Shown: positions 30,718-41,377, counted from the stretch's first letter. The stretch: DNA of 64,000 nt from an uncultured Holophaga sp. (GCA_963664825.1 OY761614.1:160001-224000), one strand, 5' to 3'. A program made the numbers and translations. Notes: generated by a model not told the origin, from the letters alone.

Positions 30718-30826
30718 GGGATACTCGGTGCAGGGGCCATTCTCCAGAGTACTCGCTCAGGCCCAGGAATTCACGAGGTAGACTGGAAAGATCGAGGCTA
30801 GAAGCCGATTTCATCCAAGGACACTC

Positions 30827-31114
30827 ATGTTCAAGATCACCTTTCACCGCAACACCCCCACGGAGATCGAGTTGGAGCAGGAGTCTACGCTCCTGTCGGC
30901 AGCTGCTAAAGGAGGCGTGGAAGTCAATCATCGCTGCGGCGGCCATGCCCGCTGTGGCGCCTGCAGGGTCACCGTCGAGGAGGGCGCCGAGCACCTCTCG
31001 GAAATAGGCGAGGCCGAGGCCCGCGTGCTGGGGATCCTCAAGGCCTCGCCCGATCAGCGCCTGGCCTGTCAGGCCAGGGCCAAGGGTGATGTCTGCTGCA
31101 AGGTCCAGGAGTAG
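30827..31114 (+). CDS. 2Fe-2S ferredoxin
   Basis: CGGHARCGAC...RLACQ. Confidence 0.92.
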   Translation: MFKITFHRNTPTEIELEQESTLLSAAAKGGVEVNHRCGGHARCGACRVTVEEGAEHLSEIGEAEARVLGILKASPDQRLACQARAKGDVCCKVQE

Positions 31115-31121
31115 GGAAACA

Positions 31122-31838
31122 TCAATCCAGCAGGAATCCCACGCCCTGCCAGACGCGCACCTTGGTCTTGCCATCCGAGCCCCGGGCGGGGTCGAAGACC
31201 AAGCGCTTAGCGGCTTCCACGCAGGCCTCGTTGGCCTTATCGATCCATTCGTTCTTCCCGGGTAGCCCCTGCAGCAGGCGCGTGGCGAGCACTTCACCGT
31301 TCTCGCTCACCAGCACATTGACCACCACCACGCCCCGGTCCACCTTCCTCACCCCCGGGGTCACCCTCTTCAGGTTCATGGGGATGGCGGGCTGGATCTC
31401 CGGGCCGATGGAGACGGGCACGCCCTCCGGCGCGTCCGCTTCCCGCTTGGCTTCAAGAGCCTCCGCCTGTTTGCGGAGTTTCTCGTTCTCGGCCTGCAGG
31501 GCCGCGGCATCCTCCTTGGCCTTTTGGAGATCCTTCAGGAAGGCATCCCCGCTGGACTGGTTCTCGTTGAAGGAGGCCTGGATCTGCTCCAGGTCCTTCC
31601 GACAGGCCTGGAGTTCCTGCCGCGCCAGGTCCCGCCCCTTCTGGGCCGCGACCAGGTCCTGCTGGAGGTTTTCCGTTGCCCCCAGGCGTTCCTTGAGTTC
31701 ATCCCGCTCCGCAGTGAGCTTCTTCACCTGGGCCTGAAGCTGCACCGGGCTGAGAGCCTTGGGCTTGGGAGCCACGCCCCCAAAAGCGGGGGAGAGTGCG
31801 ATCAGGGGGGCGAGGAACCAGGAAACAAATGCGGACAT
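31122..31838 (-). CDS. Exported coiled-coil protein with TonB-C-terminal-like domain
   Basis: Signal peptide, heptad-rich middle region, C-terminal GVVVVNVLVSENGEV...A.EAAK...FDPA..DG..VRVW. Confidence 0.65.
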   Translation of the reverse strand: MSAFVSWFLAPLIALSPAFGGVAPKPKALSPVQLQAQVKKLTAERDELKERLGATENLQQDLVAAQKGRDLARQELQACRKDLEQIQASFNENQSSGDAFLKDLQKAKEDAAALQAENEKLRKQAEALEAKREADAPEGVPVSIGPEIQPAIPMNLKRVTPGVRKVDRGVVVVNVLVSENGEVLATRLLQGLPGKNEWIDKANEACVEAAKRLVFDPARGSDGKTKVRVWQGVGFLLD

Positions 31839-31867
31839 GGGTGTTCTCCGGTCGAAAGGAAGGGACA

Positions 31868-32995
31868 CTAGAAACGTCGCAGACCGGACTGGGTCCCTTC
31901 CGGAAAGGGTTTTTGCACTTTGAGAATCCCACGTTTGAGCAGCTTGGCGAAGATGGTCAGGCACTCATCGGCGGCGAAGGGCGAAATGGAGATGATGTCC
32001 TTGATGCTCCAGACCCCGTTGACCCGGGTGGCCAAGAAGGCCTCGTTGGGACCCAGCTGGGCCTGCATGAGTTCCTCGATGCTGACGGCCAATTCGGGCA
32101 CCTGGGTCTCATCGATATTCACATCCTCGAGCAGGTGCTCCACGACCTCGAGCATGCGGGTGGCTTCCTGAAGCCGAGGCTGTTCCTCCAGGAGGAGCCT
32201 CAGCTCCGATTGAGCCTCCTGGAGCTTCTGCTTCTCCACCAGCTGCCGGGCCCGCTGGAGCTGAAGGCTACTGCGCTCGCCCAGCCTTCCGCCCGGATGG
32301 AGGATACGGACCATGCCCCGCTCGTGCAGATCGAAGAGCAGCTTGTGGATCTTGAAATCCGTGGCGCGCATTTCGATGATGAGCTGGTCGATGGTCTTGA
32401 TCCCATCGAGCCGGGAGAGGACATCGGCATCCTCGGCCGCCAGGGGCAGCATCTCCGCGATGGCTTCCGAAACCGCACCGAGGACGGCGTCCCCCCCCTT
32501 GATGATCTTCCGGATCCGCTTCCACTCATCCACCCGGCGGGCGCCCTCCAGCACGATGCCCGTGACATCCAGTTGCAGCAGGACGGCCTTCTGGGGCGGC
32601 AGCGCCCCGTCCAGGAATTCGAAGTTCCCGACCTCCCACAGGAAGACATCGAAGATCGATTCGTCCACCTTCAACTGGACGATGCGGCGGATCTCCGCTT
32701 CGGTGATGAGCTGGCGGCTCACCAGGATCCGCCCCAGGAGCTGATTCTCGTCCTCCTGGGTGGCCAGCGCCTCCCGGAGCTGTTCTTCCGTGATGCGGTT
32801 GAAGGCCAGCAGGTACTGGCCCAGGTATTCCCTGGGATCGGTGGAGACCACCCCCGTTATCCGCCCTTCGTGGAAGGAAACGCGCTTGGTGTGCTGGAAC
32901 CCATTGAGCTCCAGGATCCCGGTCTTCTTCCCCACCGCCAACCACTGGAAGATGTCCTCCAGTCCCATGGTGGCCAAGTCACCCTTCAATCCCAT
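31868..32995 (-). CDS. DUF4388 domain protein
   Basis: LKGDL..MGLEDIFQWL....KTG.L, LG..L repeats, W..GNFEF, LEGARRVDEW. Confidence 0.85.
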   Translation of the reverse strand: MGLKGDLATMGLEDIFQWLAVGKKTGILELNGFQHTKRVSFHEGRITGVVSTDPREYLGQYLLAFNRITEEQLREALATQEDENQLLGRILVSRQLITEAEIRRIVQLKVDESIFDVFLWEVGNFEFLDGALPPQKAVLLQLDVTGIVLEGARRVDEWKRIRKIIKGGDAVLGAVSEAIAEMLPLAAEDADVLSRLDGIKTIDQLIIEMRATDFKIHKLLFDLHERGMVRILHPGGRLGERSSLQLQRARQLVEKQKLQEAQSELRLLLEEQPRLQEATRMLEVVEHLLEDVNIDETQVPELAVSIEELMQAQLGPNEAFLATRVNGVWSIKDIISISPFAADECLTIFAKLLKRGILKVQKPFPEGTQSGLRRF

Positions 32996-33109
32996 CCAGG
33001 AACTCCCCGTCCGCTCACTTCAGGTTGCCGGACCTTGAGCTCCGGGATCCCCTCTGGTGCAGCATAGACTCATCGGCACAGGCCCGCCACCACTGAAGAT
33101 GCGACCAAC

Positions 33110-34099
33110 TCATAATGACTCGATGACATCCCGCAGCGCCTGATTGAGCAGCGTGGGGTGATGCCGGGCGAGGGGCTCCTCGGGATCCAACACGGGCTGG
33201 GCGAAGAGGGGCACGCCGCAGACACGGTCTCCACTGGGGAGGAGGGGGGCCCCCCCTTCCTCCCGGTAGCGTTGCAACAGGGGGGCCGGGAGGATGGCGC
33301 TATTGGCGATGACGGCGGCTAGGCCCAGGCCTCCGAAGGCCTGGATGCTCGCGATGTGGGCCTCCAGATCGAGACCCGCGCTCTCGCCGGGTTCGGTCAT
33401 GAGGTTGGCCACGTAGACGATGGGGGCTTCCGAGCGGGCAAGAGTCTGCTGGAGTTCGGGGATGAGCAGATTGGGGATGGTTGAAGTGTAGAGGCTGCCC
33501 GGAGCCAACAGGATCAGGTCGGCCTGAAGGATCGCCAGCACGGCCTCGGGCAGGGGCTCGGCATCCCGGGGTTCCAGCCAGAGCCGCGCCATCGGGGGGT
33601 GGGAGTCATTGACGGCGGTTTCACCCTCATAGAGTCGGCCCTCCATATCCTCGGCGCGGAGGATGACGGGCACCACGGTCGAAGGGAAGAGCCGTCCCGC
33701 CGTCACCAATACCCCGGAGAGCTGGCGGATGGCCCGCACCCAATCGCCGGTGATATCGGCCAGGGCCAACAGCATCAGATTGCCCAGGGAATGCCCCGCC
33801 AGGGAGCCCTCCCCCTTGAAGCGGTAGTTGAGGAGCTCGGAAAGGACCGATTCCTCCCGGGTGAGGGCCGAGAGGCAATTGCGCAGGTCTCCCGGCGGGA
33901 TGCCTCCCAGCTCGGCCCGGAGCCGACCCGAACTGCCCCCGTTATCGGAAACGGTGACGATGCCCGTCAGACGCCAGGGGTCGCGGTTGCGCCCCGCCTC
34001 GGGCTTCAGGGCCCTCAGCAGGGCGGCAAGCCCCGTCCCTCCCCCGATGGCTGCCACCCGCAGGGGCTGGTCCGCATGGAGGCCACGAGGACCGATCAA
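33110..34099 (-). CDS. yvcK: YvcK/GlmR (CofD-like) gluconeogenesis factor
   Basis: IGGGTGL, VTVSDNGGSSGRLR, PPGDLRNCL, GHSLGNL, PGSLYTS. Confidence 0.92.
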   Translation of the reverse strand: MIGPRGLHADQPLRVAAIGGGTGLAALLRALKPEAGRNRDPWRLTGIVTVSDNGGSSGRLRAELGGIPPGDLRNCLSALTREESVLSELLNYRFKGEGSLAGHSLGNLMLLALADITGDWVRAIRQLSGVLVTAGRLFPSTVVPVILRAEDMEGRLYEGETAVNDSHPPMARLWLEPRDAEPLPEAVLAILQADLILLAPGSLYTSTIPNLLIPELQQTLARSEAPIVYVANLMTEPGESAGLDLEAHIASIQAFGGLGLAAVIANSAILPAPLLQRYREEGGAPLLPSGDRVCGVPLFAQPVLDPEEPLARHHPTLLNQALRDVIESL

Positions 34100-34627
34100 C
34101 TAGTCCCTTTCGAAGGCCGCGAAGGCAGCTCCGCAGCGCACACTATCGAAATCGGGTTCCAGACGGAAGAGCACCTGGACACCAGGATCGGCGGCGATGG
34201 CCTTCCCCAGGGCTTCGGCGGCCAATTCGACCTTCCCGAGCTGGGCCAGCGCGGTGGCCTTCAGGAAATTGAGGCGGGGATTGGCCCCGTCGCTCTTGAG
34301 GGCCGTCTCCAAGATATCCAGGGCGGCCTGTCCCTCCTTGAGGTTGAGATGCAGGGTCGCCTCAATGGCGGGCACTTCCGGGTCGTCTTCAGCCTTGAGG
34401 CCCCGGGCCTCGAGGGCGGTGAGGGTCGTGTTGATCGTGCGGATCATGCCGAAGTTCCCGGTGGTCCGAGCCTCGGGCAGGAGGGCGCTCAGGGCGACGG
34501 CAGCCTCCTTCAGCTTCTTCCCATAGAAAAGCTCCAGGGCCGCAGTCAGCTTTCCGTTCAGCGGGTTCTCCTGCCCCTTCGCGGGATCTGAGTTCGGGGT
34601 CACGGAGGATTTCGCTTTCGTTGCCAT
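34100..34627 (-). CDS. TPR-containing protein
   Basis: Helical TPR-like pattern ending in L..AI..DP......R.EPDFDS.R. Confidence 0.7.
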   Translation of the reverse strand: MATKAKSSVTPNSDPAKGQENPLNGKLTAALELFYGKKLKEAAVALSALLPEARTTGNFGMIRTINTTLTALEARGLKAEDDPEVPAIEATLHLNLKEGQAALDILETALKSDGANPRLNFLKATALAQLGKVELAAEALGKAIAADPGVQVLFRLEPDFDSVRCGAAFAAFERD

Positions 34628-34656
34628 GCTCGTACCTCAGTTTCAGTGCTCTCCAA

Positions 34657-35868
34657 CTATACCTTGAAAAGGGCGGATTCGCGGTTCAGCAGGCGCGTAG
34701 CCAGCCAAGTCAGGATTCCGGCCAGCCCCAGGGTCATCAGGAAGGCGATGGCGTATTCCAGGGCATTGCCCTGCTGGCTGAACATCTTGCGCACCGCCAG
34801 GCTCACGTTGAGGATGGGCACATAGGGCAGCCAGGCCATCTTCTCGATGCCAGGCGCCATGGAAAACATGGCCGCCACCAGCACCACCACGAAGCCCGGC
34901 ATCATGGCGGTGCCGGCTTCCACCGTGTTCTTGGCCTGGGTGCCCATGAGCACGATGAAATTGGCGAAGAGCAGACCCAGGGGAATCATCAGGAGGAAGG
35001 TCAGGGTCAGGATCAGGGGGCTGGCGATGGCCGAGAGGGCGCCCAATCCGGGTTCCCCCGCCGCGGCCTGGGCGCCGATCTGGGAGGTCATCAGGCCCAT
35101 GGAGAGGCCCATGCTCGCCACATTGATCAGGGCCGAGATGAGGCCGATGGAGAATACGTAGATGAGCTTGCCCCAGATGATCTGGTTGCGGGGCAGGCTC
35201 GTGGAGAGAAGGCTCAGCAGCGTGCCCCGCTCCTTTTCACCGGCGGTGGCGTAGATGCCGTGCTGCATGGACCCCCCGAACATCATCAGCATGATCATGT
35301 AGGGCAGGAAGGCGCCCAGGGCCTTGCCCACCTCGAGGCCGGGGGTTGCGGCATCGGTGGCCTGGACGCGGGAAGGCACGGCGAGTTCCTGGGAAGCCCC
35401 CATGGCGCTCAGGCGGGACTGCACCCAGGTGGTATTCTGCTTCTCCATGACCTCCTTGAGCCGCTTCAGGGCGAGGCTCGAGGAATCATCGCTCTTGTCA
35501 TAGATGGCATGGAGGCTGAAGGTCTGATGGGACTGGAGCTGGAAGGCGGCCTCGGATCCCACCTCCAGCTTCATCTCCAGCTTCTGGTCGCGGATGGCCT
35601 GTTGGATATCCCCGGCGGGTGCGGGCACGATCTGGAAGGCCTTGGCATCGGCCTTCAGGATGGGTTCCATGACATGAGCCGGGTCCACCAGCAGGATGCG
35701 GCTGGGCTTGCCCTTCCGGTTGGCGGAATCGTTCTGGATCAGCTTGCCCAGCATGCCGAAGAGCAGCGGGTAGAGAATGAAGGGCATCAGGAAGGTGAAG
35801 AACATCGTCTTCCGATCCTTGGAGAGTTCCATGAACTCTTTTTTGCAGACGAGCAGGGCTCCGCGCAT
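34657..35868 (-). CDS. ABC transporter permease, NatB-like
   Basis: KE.....DRKT, TAGEKERGTL..LL, GK, multiple TM helices. Confidence 0.88.
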   Translation of the reverse strand: MRGALLVCKKEFMELSKDRKTMFFTFLMPFILYPLLFGMLGKLIQNDSANRKGKPSRILLVDPAHVMEPILKADAKAFQIVPAPAGDIQQAIRDQKLEMKLEVGSEAAFQLQSHQTFSLHAIYDKSDDSSSLALKRLKEVMEKQNTTWVQSRLSAMGASQELAVPSRVQATDAATPGLEVGKALGAFLPYMIMLMMFGGSMQHGIYATAGEKERGTLLSLLSTSLPRNQIIWGKLIYVFSIGLISALINVASMGLSMGLMTSQIGAQAAAGEPGLGALSAIASPLILTLTFLLMIPLGLLFANFIVLMGTQAKNTVEAGTAMMPGFVVVLVAAMFSMAPGIEKMAWLPYVPILNVSLAVRKMFSQQGNALEYAIAFLMTLGLAGILTWLATRLLNRESALFKV

Positions 35869-36630
35869 CTAGACCTCCACCGCGCTCTGGGCGGCCAGCT
35901 TGAAGAAGACCTCGTCGAGGCTCTTCGCGTTCCAGGATTCCAGGATCTGTTTGGGCGCCGCATCTCCATGCAGGGCGCCATCGAAGATGATGCCGACACG
36001 ATCACAGATCTCATCGACCATGGGCATCACGTGGGTGGAGACGATGACCGAGCGGCCTTCGGAGCGCATGATCCGCAGCAGATCCAGCACGGTCTTGGCC
36101 GTGAGCACATCCAAGCCCGTCGTCGGTTCATCGAAGATCACCACCTTGGGATCGTGCAGCAGGGCCCGGGCGATGGAGACCTTCTGCTTCTGCCCGCTAG
36201 AGAAGCCCTCCATTCGAACATCGGCGAAGTCCAGGAGTTGGAGCTTCTCCAGGAGGTGAAGCCCGCGGCGCTCGGCCACCTTGGCCTCCACCCCTTGGAA
36301 TTCGCCGAAGAGGCGCAATAGTTCCCGGGGGGTGAAGCGGGCGTAGACGTTCAGGTCCGTGGATAGGTAGCCCACCAGACTCCTGGCCTTCTCGGGCTCC
36401 AGGCGGTTATCGATGCCGCAAATCTCGATCCTGCCCTGATCGGCCTGCATGAGCCCGGCGATCATCCGCAGGGTCGTGGACTTGCCGGCCCCATTGGGCC
36501 CCAGCAGGCCGTAGATCTCGCCAGGCTTGACGGTGAGGGAGAGGCCCTTGACGGCCTCGATCCGCTTCTTGGCCCGGGTCTTCTTGTCCTTGACGGTGAA
36601 TGTCTTGTGCACATCCATGAGCTGGATCAT
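35869..36630 (-). CDS. ABC transporter ATP-binding protein, NatA-like
   Basis: GPNGAGKS, FSSGQKQKVSIARAL, FDEPTTGLD. Confidence 0.9.
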   Translation of the reverse strand: MIQLMDVHKTFTVKDKKTRAKKRIEAVKGLSLTVKPGEIYGLLGPNGAGKSTTLRMIAGLMQADQGRIEICGIDNRLEPEKARSLVGYLSTDLNVYARFTPRELLRLFGEFQGVEAKVAERRGLHLLEKLQLLDFADVRMEGFSSGQKQKVSIARALLHDPKVVIFDEPTTGLDVLTAKTVLDLLRIMRSEGRSVIVSTHVMPMVDEICDRVGIIFDGALHGDAAPKQILESWNAKSLDEVFFKLAAQSAVEV

Positions 36631-36759
36631 GTGCGCCTCCTGGGAAACTACAGGGGAAGTCTAACCCAGCGCGCCTGGACTCCCCTTCGACCAGGACGAG
36701 CCGGAGCCCAGGACCGGTGAATGGAAGGTTGGGAAGGGCTCAGCGGAAGGTCCCAGGAC

Positions 36760-37599
36760 CTAATGACGGAGGCCCAGGAAGAGCAGCACAGCCCCGGCGC
36801 CAAGACAGTAGATGGCGAAGCCTCCCAGCTTCGGCTTGCGAGTGAAGCGATCCAGCAGCCCGATGGCCAGATACCCGGAGAGGGCCGAGACCAGCACACC
36901 CACCGCGCAGAACAGGGCCGGATGGGCCGAACCCGCAGGGAAGGCCATTTCCGCATTCAGCGGTTGCCCTAGGAAGAGGGGCTTCACCAGCTTCCGCCCC
37001 TCCACGAGAGCGGCCGCAGCGATGGTGGGGATGCCCAGCAGGAAGCTGAAGCGGGTGGAGGCCGGCAGCGCCAGGCCCCGGAAGGCCCCCATGGCGAGGG
37101 TGGAACCGCTGCGGGAGAGGCCGAAGCCGCCCCCCAACCCCTGGATAGAGCCGATGGCCAGCGCGTCCAGCGCGTTCATACCAGTGATATCCCGCCCTGC
37201 CCGCTTCTTGGAAAGCTCGTTGGCCACCCAGAGCATCCCCGCCGTCAGCAGCAGGCAGACGCCATAGATCCAGATGTGATCCTTGGCCGTCTCCTTCATG
37301 TGCCGGGTGAGCATGCCGAAGATGCCCGTGGGGATCATGGCGATGAAGAGCCAGAGGGCCAGGCGCCGCCCCTCCAGATCCCTGCCGACGAGGCCTCGCA
37401 AGACCTGGGCGATCTCCTTCCGGAAATACACGCAGAGCGCCAACAGCGTACCCACGTGCAGCAGCACATCAAAGGCCAGAGGCATGCTGCGGCCCAGCAT
37501 CAGGTTTTCCACCATCGTGAGATGGGCCGTGGAGGAGACCGGCAGGAACTCCGTGAGGCCCTGGACGAGGCCGAGCAGGATGGCATGCAACAGATTCAT
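36760..37599 (-). CDS. uppP: Undecaprenyl-diphosphatase
   Basis: GLVQGLTEFLPVSS.AH, LH.GT, GLSRSGST, RFSFLLGIP. Confidence 0.93.
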   Translation of the reverse strand: MNLLHAILLGLVQGLTEFLPVSSTAHLTMVENLMLGRSMPLAFDVLLHVGTLLALCVYFRKEIAQVLRGLVGRDLEGRRLALWLFIAMIPTGIFGMLTRHMKETAKDHIWIYGVCLLLTAGMLWVANELSKKRAGRDITGMNALDALAIGSIQGLGGGFGLSRSGSTLAMGAFRGLALPASTRFSFLLGIPTIAAAALVEGRKLVKPLFLGQPLNAEMAFPAGSAHPALFCAVGVLVSALSGYLAIGLLDRFTRKPKLGGFAIYCLGAGAVLLFLGLRH

Positions 37600-38054
37600 G
37601 GAGGCTCCAGCCTAAAGCAACAGTGTGCCAGAGAGCGCGACGGCACCCACCAGGGTCTGGCCTCAGAAGGCCTCCTCAGCCCGCCCCCCCGCGTCCCAAC
37701 AGGCCAGCGCCATGAGCAGCGTGCCGATACCTACAGAGATTCCCACGACCCACCACGCAGAAGGCGTGTGCGGTCCCATCCAATCCGTCAGCCCCATGCA
37801 TGGCATGGCCCAGGGGAAGCATCTGGCCAGGGCAGGCCGATTGCTCACCACGGCGATGAGCGCCACGCCTGTGATGCCCAGGCCCAGATTCACGCCCATA
37901 TTCGAAAATCGGAACGCGAGCCAAGTGTGGGCACTGGCCAGGGCCCAGCTGGCCGCCCAGAGCATTCCAACAAGCGTTGCCGCCAGGAACAAACTGGGCG
38001 CCTCCAGGTGCAGGGCGGGCCGGGCCAGACGCAGCGCCCATCCACCCAAAAAGA

Positions 38055-39384
38055 GGTTCTTCGCGGATTTGCGTGAAGTAGGTCGGCAGTGGCGGATTTC
38101 AGGCATCTTGGGTTTGTCGAGAACTCGAGATGAAGGAGGCCGCCACTGCCTACCAAAGAGCTTATGTCCCGCTTGGGCGGGTGGAAAGGGCAACGCGTCG
38201 GAATCGTGGAGCGCTTCGAAGCCGGGGTGAAGGGGCCGCGGGCCGAGGTGTGGATCGAGTTGCTTGGGTTCGGCGATCATCCCCGGAAGTGCAGCGGTTG
38301 TGGGCATTTCGTGCGGAGCGTCCACGACTGGTCAGAGCGGGAGATCCGCGACCTTCCGCTGTTCGACGCCGACACAGTCCTAGTGGTGTGGCGGGCTCGA
38401 GTAGCCTGCCCCCGGTGCGGCCCGAAGCTGGAAGCCCTGGACTGGTTGGAGCCCCATGCCCGGATCACGAACCGGCTTGCCGCGAGCGTGGCGCGGCTTT
38501 GCAAGGTCATGCCCATCAAACAGGTCGCGGAGCACTATGACCTGCACTGGGGCACGGTGAAGGCGATCGACAAGGCTTACCTGGACCGAGAACTTGGGCC
38601 CGTGAAGCTGAGCAAGGCGAGGCTTCTTCTGATGGACGAATTCGCCATCCACAAGGGACAGAGCTATGCCACGGTCATCACGGATGCGGAAACGCGTCGC
38701 GTGCTCTGGGTCGGGAAAGGGCGTGGCCGCGAGGACATCCGCCCGTTCTTCGATCTGATCGGGAAGAAGGGCTGCAAACGGATCCAGGCCGTGGGCATAG
38801 ACATGTCGGCGGCCTTCGAAGGCGAAGTCCGGGCGCGCTGTCCCAACGCCGAGATCGTCTACGACCAGTTTCATGTCGTGGCAAAGTACGGCCATGACGT
38901 CATCGACCGGATCCGGGTGGATGAGGCCAATCGATACCGGCACGACAAGGCCTCGCGGGAGCTCGTCAAGGGCGCGAAGTGGCTCCTGCTGGGCAATTGG
39001 GAGAACCTGCCGAATCGGGATGCCAAAGTCCGCCTCAACGAGTTATTGGACGCGAACCAGCCTCTGATGACCGCCTACGTGCTGAAAGACGCCCTGAAGG
39101 CACTGTGGCGCTACACGCGGGAGGGCTGGGCTCTGAAGGCCTGGGAGAACTGGATGGAACTCGCCACCTCAAGTGGACTCCAGCCCCTCGTGAAGTTCGC
39201 CAAGAATCTCGCCCAGCGGATCGACGGAATCCTCTCCCATTGCCGCTGGCCGCTCAATACCAGCGTCCAGGAAGGGATCAACAACAAGATCAAAGTCCTC
39301 AAGCGCATCGCCTACGGCTACCGGGATGAGGGCTACTTCTTCCTTAAGATCCGTGCGGCCTTCCCCGGAAAAACGTGAAGAACC
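38055..39384 (+). mobile_element. ISL3-family insertion sequence, 1330 bp
   Basis: Terminal IRs GGTTCTTCGCGGATTT / GGTTCTTCACGTTTTT; 8-bp direct repeat CAAAAAGA at 38047-38054 and 39385-39392. Confidence 0.95.
38164..39378 (+). CDS. ISL3-family transposase
   Basis: Zn finger CSGC/CPRC, MDEFA, IDMS, DQFHVV, EGINNKIK..KR.AYGYR. Confidence 0.95.
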   Translation: MSRLGGWKGQRVGIVERFEAGVKGPRAEVWIELLGFGDHPRKCSGCGHFVRSVHDWSEREIRDLPLFDADTVLVVWRARVACPRCGPKLEALDWLEPHARITNRLAASVARLCKVMPIKQVAEHYDLHWGTVKAIDKAYLDRELGPVKLSKARLLLMDEFAIHKGQSYATVITDAETRRVLWVGKGRGREDIRPFFDLIGKKGCKRIQAVGIDMSAAFEGEVRARCPNAEIVYDQFHVVAKYGHDVIDRIRVDEANRYRHDKASRELVKGAKWLLLGNWENLPNRDAKVRLNELLDANQPLMTAYVLKDALKALWRYTREGWALKAWENWMELATSSGLQPLVKFAKNLAQRIDGILSHCRWPLNTSVQEGINNKIKVLKRIAYGYRDEGYFFLKIRAAFPGKT

Positions 39385-39758
39385 CAAAAAGAAGCCCACC
39401 AGCAGGAGCAGGTGCGAGAGCAGGAGCAGCATTCCAAGGGCCAGTTGCTTGGCGGCGAGATGTTTCCAGCGAGCCACAGGCAGCGCGAATAGGTGCTTCC
39501 ACTGGTGGTTCTGGTGCTCCAGGCTCGCCAGCAGCGTGGCCAGGAGACAGACCAGCAGGGGCAGCAGGAAGTAGGCCCAGGGGACCAGGCTGAAACTCAT
39601 CCATTGGCGCCAGCTGGCCCCCTGCCCGGGTTCCATCACGAGGGCGCCCACCAGGATGGAGACGACGAGCAGCCCCAGGGGAAAGAGCAGGGCCAGGCCC
39701 AGGATCAGGCTGCGGCGCAGCTTGAGGAATTCCGCACGGAGAAGCGCGATGAGACCTT

Positions 39759-40649
39759 TCACAGATCCTCCGTGAGCGTGAGAAAGAGATCTTCCAATCC
39801 GGCTTCCTTCAAGGCCAAGCCGTAGAGGGGAATGCCTGCGCCCACCAGCATTTCCGCCACTCTCGGCGCCTGGGTGCGTTCCGCGTTCAAGAGGATCCGC
39901 TCGCCCTCCTGCTCTCCCACGAGGCCCAGACCCGCCAGGCAGGCCAGAGCCCGCTCTGGCGCGCCGCAGAGCACTTCCATCCGGGTTTCCCCCTTGGCGC
40001 GGAGTTCGGCGGGACTGCCCTGGAAGCGCATGCGCCCCTGGGCGAGAATCACCACGTGATCGGCCAGCTGTTCCACTTCGGCCAGCAGATGGCTACTGAG
40101 GAAGATCGTGACCCCCAGGCGCACGGGCAGATCCCGGATGAGTTCGCGCATTTCCCGGATCCCCGCCGGGTCGAGACCATTGGTGGGCTCGTCGAGGATG
40201 AGCAACTCCGGCTTGTGCAGCAGGGCCAGCGCCAGACCCAGGCGCTGCTTCATGCCCAGGGAATAGCCCTGGGAGGGGCGATCCGCCGCGTCGCACAGCC
40301 CCACAAGCTCCAGCACCTCGTCGATGCTCCCCCGGGGACATCCCCTTATGAGCCGCGTGATCTCCAGGTTCTCCCGGCCCGTGAGATGAGGGTAGAGACT
40401 CGGATTCTCCACCATGGCGCCGATGCGCGAGAGGGCCTCCAGATCCCCCGGAGGGCGACCCAGCACTTCGCAACTGCCCGAGGTGGGCTTCAGAAGCCCC
40501 AACAGCAGGCGGATGGTGGTGGTCTTGCCCGAGCCGTTGGGCCCCAGGAAGGCGCTGACGCCCCCTCGGGGCACCTGAAGATTTAGATCCTCCAAGGCCT
40601 TTACCGCACCGAAGTGGCGCGTCAGGCCTCGGCTGGAGATGGCGTTCAT
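39759..40649 (-). CDS. ABC transporter ATP-binding protein (BcrA/LanF-like)
   Basis: GPNGSGKTT, LYPHLTGRENL, YSLGMKQRLG, LDEPTNGLDPAG; ATG 40649. Confidence 0.92.
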   Translation of the reverse strand: MNAISSRGLTRHFGAVKALEDLNLQVPRGGVSAFLGPNGSGKTTTIRLLLGLLKPTSGSCEVLGRPPGDLEALSRIGAMVENPSLYPHLTGRENLEITRLIRGCPRGSIDEVLELVGLCDAADRPSQGYSLGMKQRLGLALALLHKPELLILDEPTNGLDPAGIREMRELIRDLPVRLGVTIFLSSHLLAEVEQLADHVVILAQGRMRFQGSPAELRAKGETRMEVLCGAPERALACLAGLGLVGEQEGERILLNAERTQAPRVAEMLVGAGIPLYGLALKEAGLEDLFLTLTEDL

Positions 40650-41377
40650 GCGGGCTCCTTCGCATCGGGCACCGCCTTCAACAGGGCCAGGTATTCCCTG
40701 TGTTCCTTCCAGCCGCGGATCATGGCCAGGGCGGCCCAGACCAGAAGGCCCACCTGGAACAGGAGAAAGGCCAGGGCCAAGCCAATGTTGAAGGTGCCGT
40801 ACAGCCAGACGCCATGAGCCCCGAAGAGTTCCAGGAAGAAGAACAAGGCCTGGGCCACCAACACCGCGTAGGCACGCGCCTCCTCCGGCCCCCGGAGACC
40901 GAAGGGAGCCGCCACGAGGTAGAGCAGTGGGAGCGCCACCCCCAGCAGCCAGGGGCGCCAGAGCTCCGCCATAACGCGGGGCAGCTCCTTGAGTTCGGCA
41001 GGACACTGGGAGCACTCCAGGTTCCAGCGAATGAATCCGATCAGGAAACAGGTTTGGAAGACCAGCAGGAAGAGCGCCAGACCCAATATCCACAGCCATC
41101 GCCTGCGTTCCTGGGCGACATCGGGCGCCGCCTTCACCTGCCCCAGCCCCCGATAAAGCCAGCGTTCCAACAGAGGCTTAGCAGCCAGCCAGAGCAAAGG
41201 CATCGCACACACACCCCAGATCCACGCGTACCGGGACTTTTCCACGTACATGATCACCACGACTTCCATCAGGGCCATGAACCCGCCCAGAGCCGTGGCC
41301 AGCCCACTTTTGCGGGCCTGAAAGGCGGCGTAATCCGTGGTCAGCGTTTCGAGCTTGGAGAGTTCCATCGCGTTCAT
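40646..41377 (-). CDS. Hypothetical membrane protein
   Basis: 243 aa, about 6 TM segments, 4-bp overlaps with both neighbours. Confidence 0.75.
   Translation of the reverse strand: MNAMELSKLETLTTDYAAFQARKSGLATALGGFMALMEVVVIMYVEKSRYAWIWGVCAMPLLWLAAKPLLERWLYRGLGQVKAAPDVAQERRRWLWILGLALFLLVFQTCFLIGFIRWNLECSQCPAELKELPRVMAELWRPWLLGVALPLLYLVAAPFGLRGPEEARAYAVLVAQALFFFLELFGAHGVWLYGTFNIGLALAFLLFQVGLLVWAALAMIRGWKEHREYLALLKAVPDAKEPA

Larger units (their letters stand above)
37663..39762 (-). pseudogene. Lantibiotic/bacitracin-type ABC-2 permease split by ISL3 (5' part 39385-39762, 3' part 37663-38054)
   Basis: LRAEFLKLRRS...EHQNHQWKHLFALPV...AK. Removing the IS and one TSD copy restores an open frame ...LLVGFFLGGWALRLARP...AEEAF*. 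Confidence 0.9.

Noticed and set aside
37663..38325. 220-aa ORF as an independent gene
   Set aside because: It is a chimera of antisense ISL3 sequence and the 3' half of the interrupted permease.
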